Counted from the stretch's first letter, positions 21,973 to 31,708 are shown. The stretch: DNA of 41,231 nt from Gemmatimonadales bacterium (GCA_035249405.1 DATFGN010000037.1:1-41231), one strand, 5' to 3'. A program made the numbers and translations. The notes: a model not told the origin generated them from the sequence alone.

Positions 21973-22884
21973 TCATGACGGCCATACGTCGGCAAGGGTC
22001 GCGAGCGTGCGGTAGCCCGGAATCAACTGTTCCGCCCGCTCCGCGAGCACGGCTCGCTCGGTGTCCAGATGCCGCACGAGCTCCAGGCCGCCCAGCGCCC
22101 GGGCGTCGTCGGCCAGCACCTCATACCAGGATTCGATCGACGCGACTCCCCAGGCGAATCCTTCTCGCAGGATCCAGGCAGTGGCCGGCTCCTTCCGCTT
22201 CCGCCGTCGCTTGGCCTCGGACAGGAAATAGGTCGTTCGCCCCTGATCCTCCAGGTCATCCTGCCAGTCGAAGACATCGTCCGTCATCTGGGCGATGGCG
22301 CCGAGCCGGTCACACAAGGCGAGCCGGGCGGGAAGGGCGTCGGGTTTCCCGTGGCGCAAACACGTCGCGACGATGGGGATCTTCGCGGGGCTGACCTTCA
22401 GCGCGGCGACGCGCTGGAACTGCTCGAGTGTGACGGTCTTGAGTCGCGCGTCCATGACGGTCGCTTCCACCGCGCCGAACCAGAGGTTGGGGAACCACTC
22501 CCAGAAGGGGTGCTCTGGCTCGAAGTACTTGGCGTACGCCTGCTGGAACTCCGCATGGAAGAACCCGGCCGCCGGCAATAGTGAGGGGTCGGCATTGGGA
22601 TCCGTGTCCATGACGTCGTCCAACAAACGAATGTGGCAGTAGCCCGTGATGGTCGAATAGGTCAGATCGTCGTAGAAGGCGTCATCGGCTTTCGCGCCCA
22701 AGGTCTTACCCACCCATTCGGGAAGCGTGAGGATGGGCAGGGTGCGCCGCTGCCGGAAATATTCGGCGGGATCGTCGGTCGGTGACAGGCGCTCGAGCCA
22801 CGCGAACACGCGCTCGCTCAGCTGCGGCGTGGCCCGGAGCCGAGCCTTCATGCGTGCGAACGCCGTGTCGATCCGGGTGGTCAT
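21973..22884 (-). CDS. squalene/phytoene-synthase-like (isoprenoid synthase fold) enzyme; possible prenyltransferase
   Basis: ATG 22884 overlaps the stop of the upstream STAND gene (ATGA). Two Asp-rich motifs are spaced as in the SQS/PSY family: YCHIRLLDDVMDTD (compare FCRxxDDxVD) and AQMTDDVFDWQDDLEDQGRTTYF (compare FQLTNIxRDxxEDxxxGRxYLP). The ORF-track start at 22971 lies inside the upstream gene. Confidence 0.7.
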   Translation of the reverse strand: MTTRIDTAFARMKARLRATPQLSERVFAWLERLSPTDDPAEYFRQRRTLPILTLPEWVGKTLGAKADDAFYDDLTYSTITGYCHIRLLDDVMDTDPNADPSLLPAAGFFHAEFQQAYAKYFEPEHPFWEWFPNLWFGAVEATVMDARLKTVTLEQFQRVAALKVSPAKIPIVATCLRHGKPDALPARLALCDRLGAIAQMTDDVFDWQDDLEDQGRTTYFLSEAKRRRKRKEPATAWILREGFAWGVASIESWYEVLADDARALGGLELVRHLDTERAVLAERAEQLIPGYRTLATLADVWPS

Positions 22885-25800
22885 GAGGCGCGTGGCGCCA
22901 GGAGTTGTTGGGCGAGGGCCGCGGGGTAAGGCATTGCCAATTGCTCGCCCAGCTCGATCGCAGCGCGCCACGCCGCCGTGGCCGCTTCATGCTTTCCCGC
23001 CAGCTGCTTCGCTCGTCCGCGCATGAGCGCGAGCCAGGGCCGCGCAATCGGGAACACTCGGGCGAGGCGGCGCAGCGCCCCCAAAGCAGCGCGCAGTGCG
23101 CGAGCCCGGGCGGCGCCGCCCGCGCCTGCTTGACCGCCTGGTTGCTCCAGCAGCTGGAGCAGCACGTCGGCTGTCCCGGACGCATCGAACACGTAGCCAT
23201 GGTAGGACGGCATGAGCTTCTCGAGCAACGCTGCGGCCTCGAGGGCGGCCCGTTCAGCGCCCGCCGCATCACCGGCGCGCAGCTGTGTGAGCGCCCGCAC
23301 GGTTCGCATGGGGAGATCACCGTGTACCGTCCCGACGTTCCAGCGGATCCCGGCCAACTCCTCCGTCGCGGTCGCGGCTTCGGCGTCCCGACCGAGCATG
23401 AGGAGGCAATGCACCCGACGGTATACAGCGCTCGCCTGTCCCCGCGGATCGTTGCGCCGCGTCGCCGAGCGATACAACTGGCCCGCGAGGTCGAGACTGG
23501 TCTCAAAACGCCCCTGGAGGAAATGGAGATCGACGAGAAACTGAGTGCCGTCGTCCCAGCGGCGCGCGTCGCCCAGGCGCTCGCTTTCCCTGGTGACGAG
23601 ATCGAACAGGGCCCGCGCTTCACCCCAGGCGGCGACGCCGAGTTTGTACGCGCCCACGCTGAGCGCGGTCCAGATCGTGGCGGGGACGTCACCCGAGGCA
23701 CGGGCGGTCTCGAGCGCGCGGCGGCAGTACGCGTCGGCCTGTTTCGACAGCGGGATGAAGCCGAGGATCGCGCCCACGGTGGCATACCCGCGCGCCAGCT
23801 CCGGGGACGGGCCCGCCAGTTCGGCGAGATTGAGGCCGCACATCGCGCTGTGGAGGCAGGCGAGGTTCGCATCGCGCAGGTAGAACACTTCGACCAGCGC
23901 TTCGTGCGCCTGAGCCGCACTGAGCAAGACGTCGCGCTCCGCGTCGCGCCGCCCGACAAAACGCCGCGGCAGCAGCCGGTGCATCATCTGGCGAGCGGCC
24001 TGGCCGGCCAGTCCGCCCACGAGCCTCGCGCTGCCGCGCGGCATCGGCTCGCCGGCGAGGGCCAGGCCACGACGCAGATGCGCCTCGCCGTCTTCGTAGC
24101 GGGACCAGTTCACGCAGGCCCGGCCCGCCTGCAGCTCCCAGCGCCGCCGCTGGCTCGGTGTGGCGTCGGGGGAGAGCGCGAGGGCGTCGCGGAACAAGCC
24201 GACGGCCTCCGCGTTCGCGTAGCTCCGGAAGGCCTGCTCTCCCGCCCGATCCAGATAGTGGACCGCTTTGGGAATCACCTCGGCTCGCCGCCAATGGAAG
24301 GCGAGCAGCGGCAGGACCGGCTCGAGATCCGCTCCGTGCCGCGCCTCGAGCCAGGCGCCGAGGGCCCGGTGCAGGTCACGCCGTTGCGCGTACAAGATGA
24401 GATCGTAGGCGACCTGCTGCGTGATGGCGTGGCGGAAGGAGTAGCGGGAATCGACGCCGGCCACCTCGGCGTGAATGAGGTCCAGTCGCTCGACCGCCGC
24501 GAGTGAGGCCGCGAGCTCCGCGTCGCTCGTCGAAACGGGGAACACGTCGCGCAGCATCGCGACGGGGAAGGTTCGTCCGATCACACTGGCCACCTTGACC
24601 ACGAACTGCTCCGACTGACTCAACCGGTCGATGCGACTGGTGACGATTCCCTGGAGCGTCTGCGGGAGACCGCGAGCGGCCAGAGCGTCGCCGAACGCGG
24701 GAGCCAGCTCGCGGGAGGGATCGGTCAGCTCGCAGCGGCCGTCCGTGACCTTGATCAGCCCATAGTCCCGCAGCGCGTACACGAGCTCTTCGCTGAAAAA
24801 CGGGTTGCCCGCGGCCCGGTCGTGGACCAGGGCCAGGACCTGCTCAGGGACGGCGCGCACGCCGAGACGGTCCGCGAGCAACCGGTCCACCACTTCGGGT
24901 CCGAGCGGTGCAAGCCGCAGCCGTCGCTCACCCGCGAGCCCCGCGAGCGCCACGAAGTCGGCGGGCGGGTCGTCGATGGGACGGCTCGTTACCACAAAGA
25001 GCAGGGTCGGGATGGTGCGGGTGGCGGCGAGCAGGAGCGCCCACGAGGACGAGTCGAGCCACTGGGCATCCTCGATCGTCACGACGACCGGACCGGTGTC
25101 TCCCAAGTGGGTCAAGGCGGCGAGCAGCAGGTTGCGGACGTTCGCGGCGCGCACCTCGTCGGTCATGGCGGCAATGAGGTCGTTGCCGTCGAGCTTCAGG
25201 CCGAACAGGGGCCCGAGCAGGGGCACCATGGGGGCCTGTTCCGCTCGCAAGCCCAGGCGAGTGGAGAGGAGTGCGGCGTCGGCGCCGGCGCCGGCGAGCG
25301 ATCGCAGGGGGCGGATCCAGGCGTGGTAGGCCGTCCCCTTCTCGATGTCGTCTGCCGCGCCGTCGATCACTCGCGCGCCACGTCGGGTCGCGCTGGCCCG
25401 GAGATACTCGACCAGCCGCGACTTCCCGATGCCCGGTTCGCCCTCGATCAGGATGACGCCCCCTTCGCGCCGGGTGACCAGGGCTTCGACGGCGCTGTCG
25501 AGCGCCGCGCACTCCCGCTCGCGGCCGCGCAGTCGCCCGTCGTCGTCGCCCGCCCGGGTCGGCGATGGGGCGCCCTGCTCAGCGGACGGCCGATGGACGA
25601 CGACCGGTTGCTCGCGCCCTTTGACGCGGATCGGCGCGAGGGGGGTGAAGCGCAGCGCCGGATGGCGGCGCGCCTGCTCCTCAGTCACCGCATCGCAGAG
25701 CACCGACCCGGCGGCGTGTTGCATCAGTCGCGCGGCCAGGTTCACGGGTGCGCCGGCCACGGTGTATTGCCGGCGGCTGGCCGTACCGTAGACACCGCAA

Positions 25801-26930
25801 TAGAGGAGGCCAGTGGCTGTCCCGACTGAGGGAGTGAGCTCCTGACGCTGCAGCGCGTCATGCATCGCGAGTGCGGCGAGCGTGCCCCGCGCGGCGTCGT
25901 CCTCGTGGGCGCGGGGAGGCAGACCGAAGGCGGCGACGAGAGTCGTGCCTTTGTCGTCGGTGAGGAGCTGATAGACGCTGCCCTCGAAACGCGCTACGAC
26001 TTCCTGCAGCGCCGCCACGGCGCCCTGGATCTTGCTCAAGGCGTCGGGCCGCCGCGGGGTATCGATCGCGCCGAGGCCGCAGAACACCATCGTGACACGG
26101 CGAAACTCGCCGAGCCACTCGCCCAGCCCGGCGTCGACGCGAGCCGCGATGACTTCGGGGACGAGTCGGCGCAGCTCGTCGATGCGGTCGGAAGTGAGCG
26201 CCGGCCGGTGCGGCGCGATGTCCGTGACCCGCGTCAGGACGCGGGCGAGCCGGAGCGCGTTGCCCTCGAGCGGTGTTCCCTGGGCGCGCGACCCCAGCAG
26301 GGCGGCCGCTTCAGGCGAGACGACGACCTCGCCTTCATGTGCCAGCCGGTCGGCGGCGGTGGCCTGCGCGATAGGCGCGCCTTGCGCGAGGGACAGCCAG
26401 CGTCCGGCCAGGCCGCCGAGGCGCAGGTGGGCGATCGGCCCCGCACCGATCGTGATTCGCATCCGCAACGCCCCGGTCGCGGGCGGATCGGCGGCCTCCT
26501 GGAGGCGCAGGCCGCACGCGGCCGCGGCCGTGACGGCAGCCACGAGGTCTCCGCCGTCATCATCGAGCCAGGCAACGAGCGCGGCGTCGCCCGCGAAGGC
26601 GAGAATGTCGCCCCCTCGGGCGAGCACGATGTCAGTGAGCCGGCCGAAGTGCGCGTCGATGATACGCGAGAGCTCTTCAGCACCTCTCGGCCCCTGGACG
26701 CTCAAGCGTTCCGCTAGGGCAGTGAAACCGGCGAGGTCGGCGAAGAGGATGGCGGCGGGGTGGACTTCCATGTGGGGGCCGGGCGGATGGCCGGAGGGCG
26801 CGGCTACGTCGCGCAGCGCGAGCGCCGGCAGGTAACTGGCGAGCGCCGCGACGCCCGGTGTCACATCGCCGCTGGAGCTCGGTGGCATCGTAGGGCGCAA
26901 GCATAACGTGCGATGCGAAAGGGCCGCCAC
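22881..26930 (-). CDS. STAND-type signalling protein: two class III adenylate/guanylate cyclase-like domains + AAA_16 P-loop NTPase + TPR-like C-terminus
   Basis: The first cyclase-like domain has AAILFADLAGFTALAE...FAGDAALVAW. The second has VTMVFCGLGAI...LLTDDKGTTLVAAFG...YTVAGAPVNLAARL. Walker A is EGEPGIGKSRL and Walker B-like is VVVTIEDAQWLDSSS. About 600 aa of helical TPR-like repeats follow. The start is GTG 26930, with ATG 26891 as an alternative. Confidence 0.9.
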   Translation of the reverse strand: MAALSHRTLCLRPTMPPSSSGDVTPGVAALASYLPALALRDVAAPSGHPPGPHMEVHPAAILFADLAGFTALAERLSVQGPRGAEELSRIIDAHFGRLTDIVLARGGDILAFAGDAALVAWLDDDGGDLVAAVTAAAACGLRLQEAADPPATGALRMRITIGAGPIAHLRLGGLAGRWLSLAQGAPIAQATAADRLAHEGEVVVSPEAAALLGSRAQGTPLEGNALRLARVLTRVTDIAPHRPALTSDRIDELRRLVPEVIAARVDAGLGEWLGEFRRVTMVFCGLGAIDTPRRPDALSKIQGAVAALQEVVARFEGSVYQLLTDDKGTTLVAAFGLPPRAHEDDAARGTLAALAMHDALQRQELTPSVGTATGLLYCGVYGTASRRQYTVAGAPVNLAARLMQHAAGSVLCDAVTEEQARRHPALRFTPLAPIRVKGREQPVVVHRPSAEQGAPSPTRAGDDDGRLRGRERECAALDSAVEALVTRREGGVILIEGEPGIGKSRLVEYLRASATRRGARVIDGAADDIEKGTAYHAWIRPLRSLAGAGADAALLSTRLGLRAEQAPMVPLLGPLFGLKLDGNDLIAAMTDEVRAANVRNLLLAALTHLGDTGPVVVTIEDAQWLDSSSWALLLAATRTIPTLLFVVTSRPIDDPPADFVALAGLAGERRLRLAPLGPEVVDRLLADRLGVRAVPEQVLALVHDRAAGNPFFSEELVYALRDYGLIKVTDGRCELTDPSRELAPAFGDALAARGLPQTLQGIVTSRIDRLSQSEQFVVKVASVIGRTFPVAMLRDVFPVSTSDAELAASLAAVERLDLIHAEVAGVDSRYSFRHAITQQVAYDLILYAQRRDLHRALGAWLEARHGADLEPVLPLLAFHWRRAEVIPKAVHYLDRAGEQAFRSYANAEAVGLFRDALALSPDATPSQRRRWELQAGRACVNWSRYEDGEAHLRRGLALAGEPMPRGSARLVGGLAGQAARQMMHRLLPRRFVGRRDAERDVLLSAAQAHEALVEVFYLRDANLACLHSAMCGLNLAELAGPSPELARGYATVGAILGFIPLSKQADAYCRRALETARASGDVPATIWTALSVGAYKLGVAAWGEARALFDLVTRESERLGDARRWDDGTQFLVDLHFLQGRFETSLDLAGQLYRSATRRNDPRGQASAVYRRVHCLLMLGRDAEAATATEELAGIRWNVGTVHGDLPMRTVRALTQLRAGDAAGAERAALEAAALLEKLMPSYHGYVFDASGTADVLLQLLEQPGGQAGAGGAARARALRAALGALRRLARVFPIARPWLALMRGRAKQLAGKHEAATAAWRAAIELGEQLAMPYPAALAQQLLAPRAS

Positions 26931-26936
26931 TTGTGC

Positions 26937-26965
26937 TTGACAGCGGGTCCGACGGGCGATAGCCC
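26937..26965 (+). promoter_or_regulatory. possible sigma70-type promoter for the M4 protease gene (weak)
   Basis: A perfect -35 TTGACA lies at 26937-26942. After a 17-nt spacer comes a poor -10, TAGCCC (26960-26965). This would give a nearly leaderless transcript for the ATG at 26972. The whole divergent intergenic region is only 41 bp. Confidence 0.2.
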
Positions 26966-26971
26966 CTTGCC

Positions 26972-28009
26972 ATGAAACACAAGCCGCCGGTGTGCTGCAC
27001 CGTCCCCACGCACCTCCTGCAGCAGCTCGCCCAGGCGATCGACCCGGGCGTGAGCCGCCGTGCGCTCGACGCGTTGGGGTTCTCGGCGCGGGCCCGCGCG
27101 TTGCGCGCCGAGCTGGGCACGCTGCCTCCGTTGCCCACCATCGCCGCGCCGAACGGGGGCCGGTTCCGCGAAGTGTACGACGCGCGCCACGGTGGGCCGC
27201 GCACCCTGCCGGGTCGCCTGATGCGGTCGGAGCGGGACCACCCGGTGCGTGATCAGTCGGTGAACGAGGCCTACGTGAACGCGGGCCACGCGTATGCGTT
27301 CTACCGCGCAGTCTTCGGACGCAATTCGCTGGACGACCGGGCGATGGTACTCCGCTCGAGCGTTCACCTGTCGCGCAAATTGAACAACGCCTTCTGGGAC
27401 GGCAGCCAGATGGTGTACGGCGACGGTGACGGCGAGATCTTCGTGCACCTCCCGCGGCCGCTCGAGGTCGTGGCGCACGAGCTGACCCACGGCGTCATCG
27501 CGCATACGAGCGGCTTGGTGTATCGGGGCGAGGCGGGGGCGTTGAACGAGAGTTTCGCCGACGTCATGGGGTCGCTGGTGAAGCAGTGGCATCATCGGCA
27601 GACGGCGCGGCGTGCGGATTGGCTCATCGGGCGACAGATGATGGGGCCGGCCCTGCGGGCGCGTGCCCTCAGGACGCTCACCGGCCGGAAAGCCTTCGAG
27701 GGCGACCCGCTGCTCGGCACCGATCCCCAGCCCAAGCATTACCGGGATCGGATTCGGATCCCCGACCCCGACGTCGCCGCCCACCTCAACTCCGGCATCC
27801 CCAATCACGCCTTCTACCTGGTCGCGACGCGGTTGGGCGGCTACGCCTGGACCCGTGCGGGGGCGATCTGGTACGAAGCGATGACCACGCTCCCGTCACG
27901 GTGCAACTTCGCGACCGCAGCCGGCCGAACGATTGCCATCGCCAGGCGACGCTTTGGGTCGCCCGTGGCGGCCGTGGTGGGGCGTGCTTGGAGGGACGTG
28001 GGCGTGTAG
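26972..28009 (+). CDS. M4 (thermolysin family) metallopeptidase, protealysin-like, no signal peptide
   Basis: Zinc site is VVAHELTHGV (HExxH) plus GALNESFADV (third ligand Glu). FWDGSQMVYGDGDG is an M4 core motif. The short N-terminal propeptide has CCTVPTHLLQQL, resembling the PPL-type motif of protealysin-like proteases. Confidence 0.9.
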   Translation: MKHKPPVCCTVPTHLLQQLAQAIDPGVSRRALDALGFSARARALRAELGTLPPLPTIAAPNGGRFREVYDARHGGPRTLPGRLMRSERDHPVRDQSVNEAYVNAGHAYAFYRAVFGRNSLDDRAMVLRSSVHLSRKLNNAFWDGSQMVYGDGDGEIFVHLPRPLEVVAHELTHGVIAHTSGLVYRGEAGALNESFADVMGSLVKQWHHRQTARRADWLIGRQMMGPALRARALRTLTGRKAFEGDPLLGTDPQPKHYRDRIRIPDPDVAAHLNSGIPNHAFYLVATRLGGYAWTRAGAIWYEAMTTLPSRCNFATAAGRTIAIARRRFGSPVAAVVGRAWRDVGV

Positions 28010-28073
28010 ACTCCTTCCTGCAAGCGACTTAGGTAGTTATTCGCCGTTCGGGCAATCCGGACAGATGGTGTAC

Positions 28074-28100
28074 TTGATAAGTTAAGCATGTGTCTATACA
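28074..28100 (+). promoter_or_regulatory. possible sigma70-type promoter in an AT-rich spacer (weak)
   Basis: TTGATA (28074-28079) is followed by a 15-nt spacer and TATACA (28095-28100). It sits in the clearly AT-richer intergenic region 28010-28156, upstream of the TPR gene. Confidence 0.25.
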
Positions 28101-28222
28101 GTTCTCTGCAGTAAACCGTAGTTAGTTACTCGCCTCCAACAGCGGTTGAATGCCCGTTGTTCGGCCGCCCTCTCCACTTTGTAAAGCACCGAGCACCAAT
28201 TCTCATTTCCCGGGAGTTTCCA

Positions 28223-29740
28223 TTGTCTAGTCTTCGTGGCGCACTTGCAGTCGCCGCCGCAGCGTTCCTGCTGCAGGCCCCCTGCTTCGCCCAAGCCGTG
28301 TCGCCCCCTCGCGACCCAGGCGCCCTCAACGCTGTGACCAGCGAGATCATCAAACTGCCGATTACGACCACCTCGACCGACGCGCGCAATCACTTCCTCA
28401 TTGGCCAGCGCGAGCTCGATCTGGGACGTTTTCTCGACGCGAACACGCACTTCAAGGCGGCCGTGGCCGCCGACTCGACCTTTGCCCTCGCCTACCTCAA
28501 CGTGGCCAATACGGGCAACTCGTTCGAGGAGTTCAGGACCAATCTCGTGCTGGCCGAGCGGTTCGCCGCCAAGGCCTCTGACGCCGAGCGTTTGCAGATT
28601 CAGATCGCGCGTAAGGGTCTCGACAACGACGTGAACGGCCAGCTGGTGCTGGCGCAGCAGCTCGTCGCGAAGTACCCAGACAGCCCACGCGCGTTTCTCG
28701 TGCTCGCGAACGTGCAAACGGCACTGAATCGCAATACGGACGCTCGGGCGTCCATGATGAAAGCGGTGGGCCTGGCTCCCCGCCTCCTCGTCGCTCATAC
28801 GGACCTCGGTAACTCGTATCTGCACGGCGAGCCGAAGGACTTCACCAAGGCACTAGAGCACATGCGGCACGCTGAGGGGTTCGCCCCCAACGAGCCGGCC
28901 ATGCACGACCTGCTGGGCGATGTGTATCGCGCCCAGAACAACCTCGATCAGGCCCGGGCCGAGTATACCCGCGGCCACGAGCTGGATCCCACTGATGCTT
29001 CGCTATTGCAGCAGCGTGGGCACGTCAACTCCTTCGCTGGGAACTACACTGCCGCACGCGCCGATTACGATTCGGCCATCGCGGTTGGTCGCGGCAATCA
29101 AAAGGCCGGGTTCGCTCCATACCGCGCCTATGTGAGCATTTACGCCGGCGACCCCACAGGGGCCATCGTCGAGCTCAACCGGCTCGTGGCCGGGGTCGAT
29201 GCGATGGGTGTGCCGGGGGCGCTTGGTGTGAAGATCGCCGCGCTGTCGGATGTCGCGGTCATCGCTATCCACACCCGCGACTTCGCAGCGGCCGATTCAG
29301 CGCTCAAGCTGCGCACGCCGTTGTTGATGCAGCAGGCCGCAGGGTCCGGGAGCCCATCGTTTCAGCGTAACACAGAGGCCAACATCGCCTACTTCGATGG
29401 CTGGCTCGCCGCCCGCAAGGGCGACTACACCGCGGCCGGGAAGGCAGCCGACCGTGTGGCTGCGCTCGTGACGCAGGACCAGAACCCGCGGAAGCTGGAG
29501 CCGGTGCACGAACTGAAGGGCTACATCGCGCTGTATCAGGGCAACTTCGGGGAAGCCGTTGCGCAGTTCGCGCAGGGTAACCTCAACGACCCCTACATCA
29601 AGTTCCAGTACGCCACCGCCCTGCAGAGCGCGGGCGACAAGGCCAAGGGGAACCAGATTGTGCGCGAGCTCGCCAGGTACAACTTCAACAGCGTGGGTTA
29701 TGCGTTGATTCGGAAGGACACGCAGCAGCCGACGTCGTAG
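28223..29740 (+). CDS. secreted TPR-repeat protein
   Basis: The ORF is open from TTG 28157. I prefer TTG 28223 because GGGAG lies 6 nt upstream and it yields the signal peptide LSSLRGALAVAAAAFLLQAPCFAQA. Multiple TPR-like units follow (e.g. ALAYLNVANTGNSFEE, AMHDLLGDVYRAQNNLDQARAEY). Confidence 0.75.
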   Translation: MSSLRGALAVAAAAFLLQAPCFAQAVSPPRDPGALNAVTSEIIKLPITTTSTDARNHFLIGQRELDLGRFLDANTHFKAAVAADSTFALAYLNVANTGNSFEEFRTNLVLAERFAAKASDAERLQIQIARKGLDNDVNGQLVLAQQLVAKYPDSPRAFLVLANVQTALNRNTDARASMMKAVGLAPRLLVAHTDLGNSYLHGEPKDFTKALEHMRHAEGFAPNEPAMHDLLGDVYRAQNNLDQARAEYTRGHELDPTDASLLQQRGHVNSFAGNYTAARADYDSAIAVGRGNQKAGFAPYRAYVSIYAGDPTGAIVELNRLVAGVDAMGVPGALGVKIAALSDVAVIAIHTRDFAAADSALKLRTPLLMQQAAGSGSPSFQRNTEANIAYFDGWLAARKGDYTAAGKAADRVAALVTQDQNPRKLEPVHELKGYIALYQGNFGEAVAQFAQGNLNDPYIKFQYATALQSAGDKAKGNQIVRELARYNFNSVGYALIRKDTQQPTS

Positions 29741-29757
29741 TCACCATAGCATGACAG

Positions 29758-29795
29758 AACGCCCCGCCCGGATTCCTCGGGCGGGGCGTTTCTCT
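29758..29795 (+). terminator. intrinsic terminator after the TPR gene
   Basis: AACGCCCCGCCCG-gattcct-CGGGCGGGGCGTT has a 13-bp perfect stem (29758-29790). The tail is TCTCT, a weak U-tract. Confidence 0.6.
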
Positions 29796-29836
29796 AGCCT
29801 TGACATGGGGCGGGACGGGGCGGGATCGTTCCTCCC

Positions 29837-31018
29837 GTGGATGCCAAGAATGCAGACTTGTCCGCGCTCCAAATCGACCGCGCCCAGGCCCAAACGAGCG
29901 GCCGTGGTCTTTCTCGCTGGCTGCTGATCGGTGTACCGGTCGTCGCCCTGCTGGTCGTGACCGCGGCGGTCCTGGCCCGCAGCCTCGGCGGCGCCATCCC
30001 CGTGCGCCTCTCTCCCGCCACCCTGGTCGCACCCGCACAGGCGAACGTCGTTACCATCGCGAGCGGCTACGTGGTGGCTCAGCGCAAGGCTGCCGTGGCC
30101 TCCAAGGCCACCGGTCGCCTCGTGTTCCTCGGAGTAGTAGAGGGTGATCGCGTGCGCCAGGGGCAGGTGATCGCCCGCATTGAGGACTCGGACGTGAAGG
30201 CGCAGCTGGCCCAGGCGCAGGCGAATCTGCAGCTGGGCAACGCCGACCTGCGTGACGCCACCCGGGCGCTCGAGCGCCAGCGCATCCTGCGTGACAGCAA
30301 TCTCGCCTCCGCCGAGGCCTACGACGCCGCCGAGGCGCGTCATGCCAGGGTGCTGGCGACCATCGCGATCGCCCAGGCAGGCGTCGACGCGGCCCAGGTG
30401 GCGCTCGAGAACACTGTGATCCGGGCGCCCTTTGCCGGCACCGTGCTCACCAAGAACGCCGACGTGGGCGAAGTGGTCGCCCCGCTCGCCGGCAGCGCCC
30501 TGTCCAAAGCCAACGTGGTGACGCTCGCCGACCTGGCGTCCCTGCAAGTAGAAGTGGACGTGTCCGAATCGAATATCGAGCAGGTCCAGGCGGGGCAGCC
30601 GTGCGAGATCGTGCTCGACGCGTACCCTGATGTACGCTATCCCGGCACGGTGGCCAAGATCGTCCCGACGGCGGACCGTGCCAAAGCGACGGTCCAGGTG
30701 AAAGTGGCGTTCAATCGGTACGATGCCCGCGTGCTGCCCGAGATGAGTGCCAAAGTACATTTCCTGCCCCGCGAGGAGCCGGCGGCGCGCGCCGACACGG
30801 TGCCGGTGCTGACGGTGCCGGCCAGCGCGGTGGTGTTACGTGACGGCCATTCCGTTGTGTATACCGTGTCGTCGGGCCGCGCCGTGGAGCAGGCGGTGGT
30901 CGTGGGCCGGCGCGTGGGCATGGGGGTCGCCGTGCTGCAGGGCCTGGCCGTGGGAACGCAGGTGATCGACAGCGTGGATGCCCGCATCCGGCGCGGCGTC
31001 AAAGTCAGACCGCCTTAA
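29837..31018 (+). CDS. efflux transporter periplasmic adaptor subunit (HlyD/MacA family)
   Basis: GTG start. There is an N-terminal TM anchor (WLLIGVPVVALLVVTAAVLA), biotinyl-lipoyl-like GRLVFLGVVEGDRVRQGQVIARIE, and a coiled-coil region. RAPFAGTVLTKNADVGEVV is typical of MFP adaptors. Confidence 0.9.
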   Translation: MDAKNADLSALQIDRAQAQTSGRGLSRWLLIGVPVVALLVVTAAVLARSLGGAIPVRLSPATLVAPAQANVVTIASGYVVAQRKAAVASKATGRLVFLGVVEGDRVRQGQVIARIEDSDVKAQLAQAQANLQLGNADLRDATRALERQRILRDSNLASAEAYDAAEARHARVLATIAIAQAGVDAAQVALENTVIRAPFAGTVLTKNADVGEVVAPLAGSALSKANVVTLADLASLQVEVDVSESNIEQVQAGQPCEIVLDAYPDVRYPGTVAKIVPTADRAKATVQVKVAFNRYDARVLPEMSAKVHFLPREEPAARADTVPVLTVPASAVVLRDGHSVVYTVSSGRAVEQAVVVGRRVGMGVAVLQGLAVGTQVIDSVDARIRRGVKVRPP

Positions 31019-31033
31019 GAGGAATCGCACCAG

Positions 31034-31704
<671 letters not shown>

Positions 31705-31708
<4 letters not shown>

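Noticed and set aside
21885-21995. Longer 105-aa version of the small peptide ORF starting at 21995, overlapping the synthase gene end.
   Set aside because: The strong GGAGGA SD sits immediately before the internal ATG at 21884. The upstream 37 codons overlap the stop region of the synthase gene and look non-coding.
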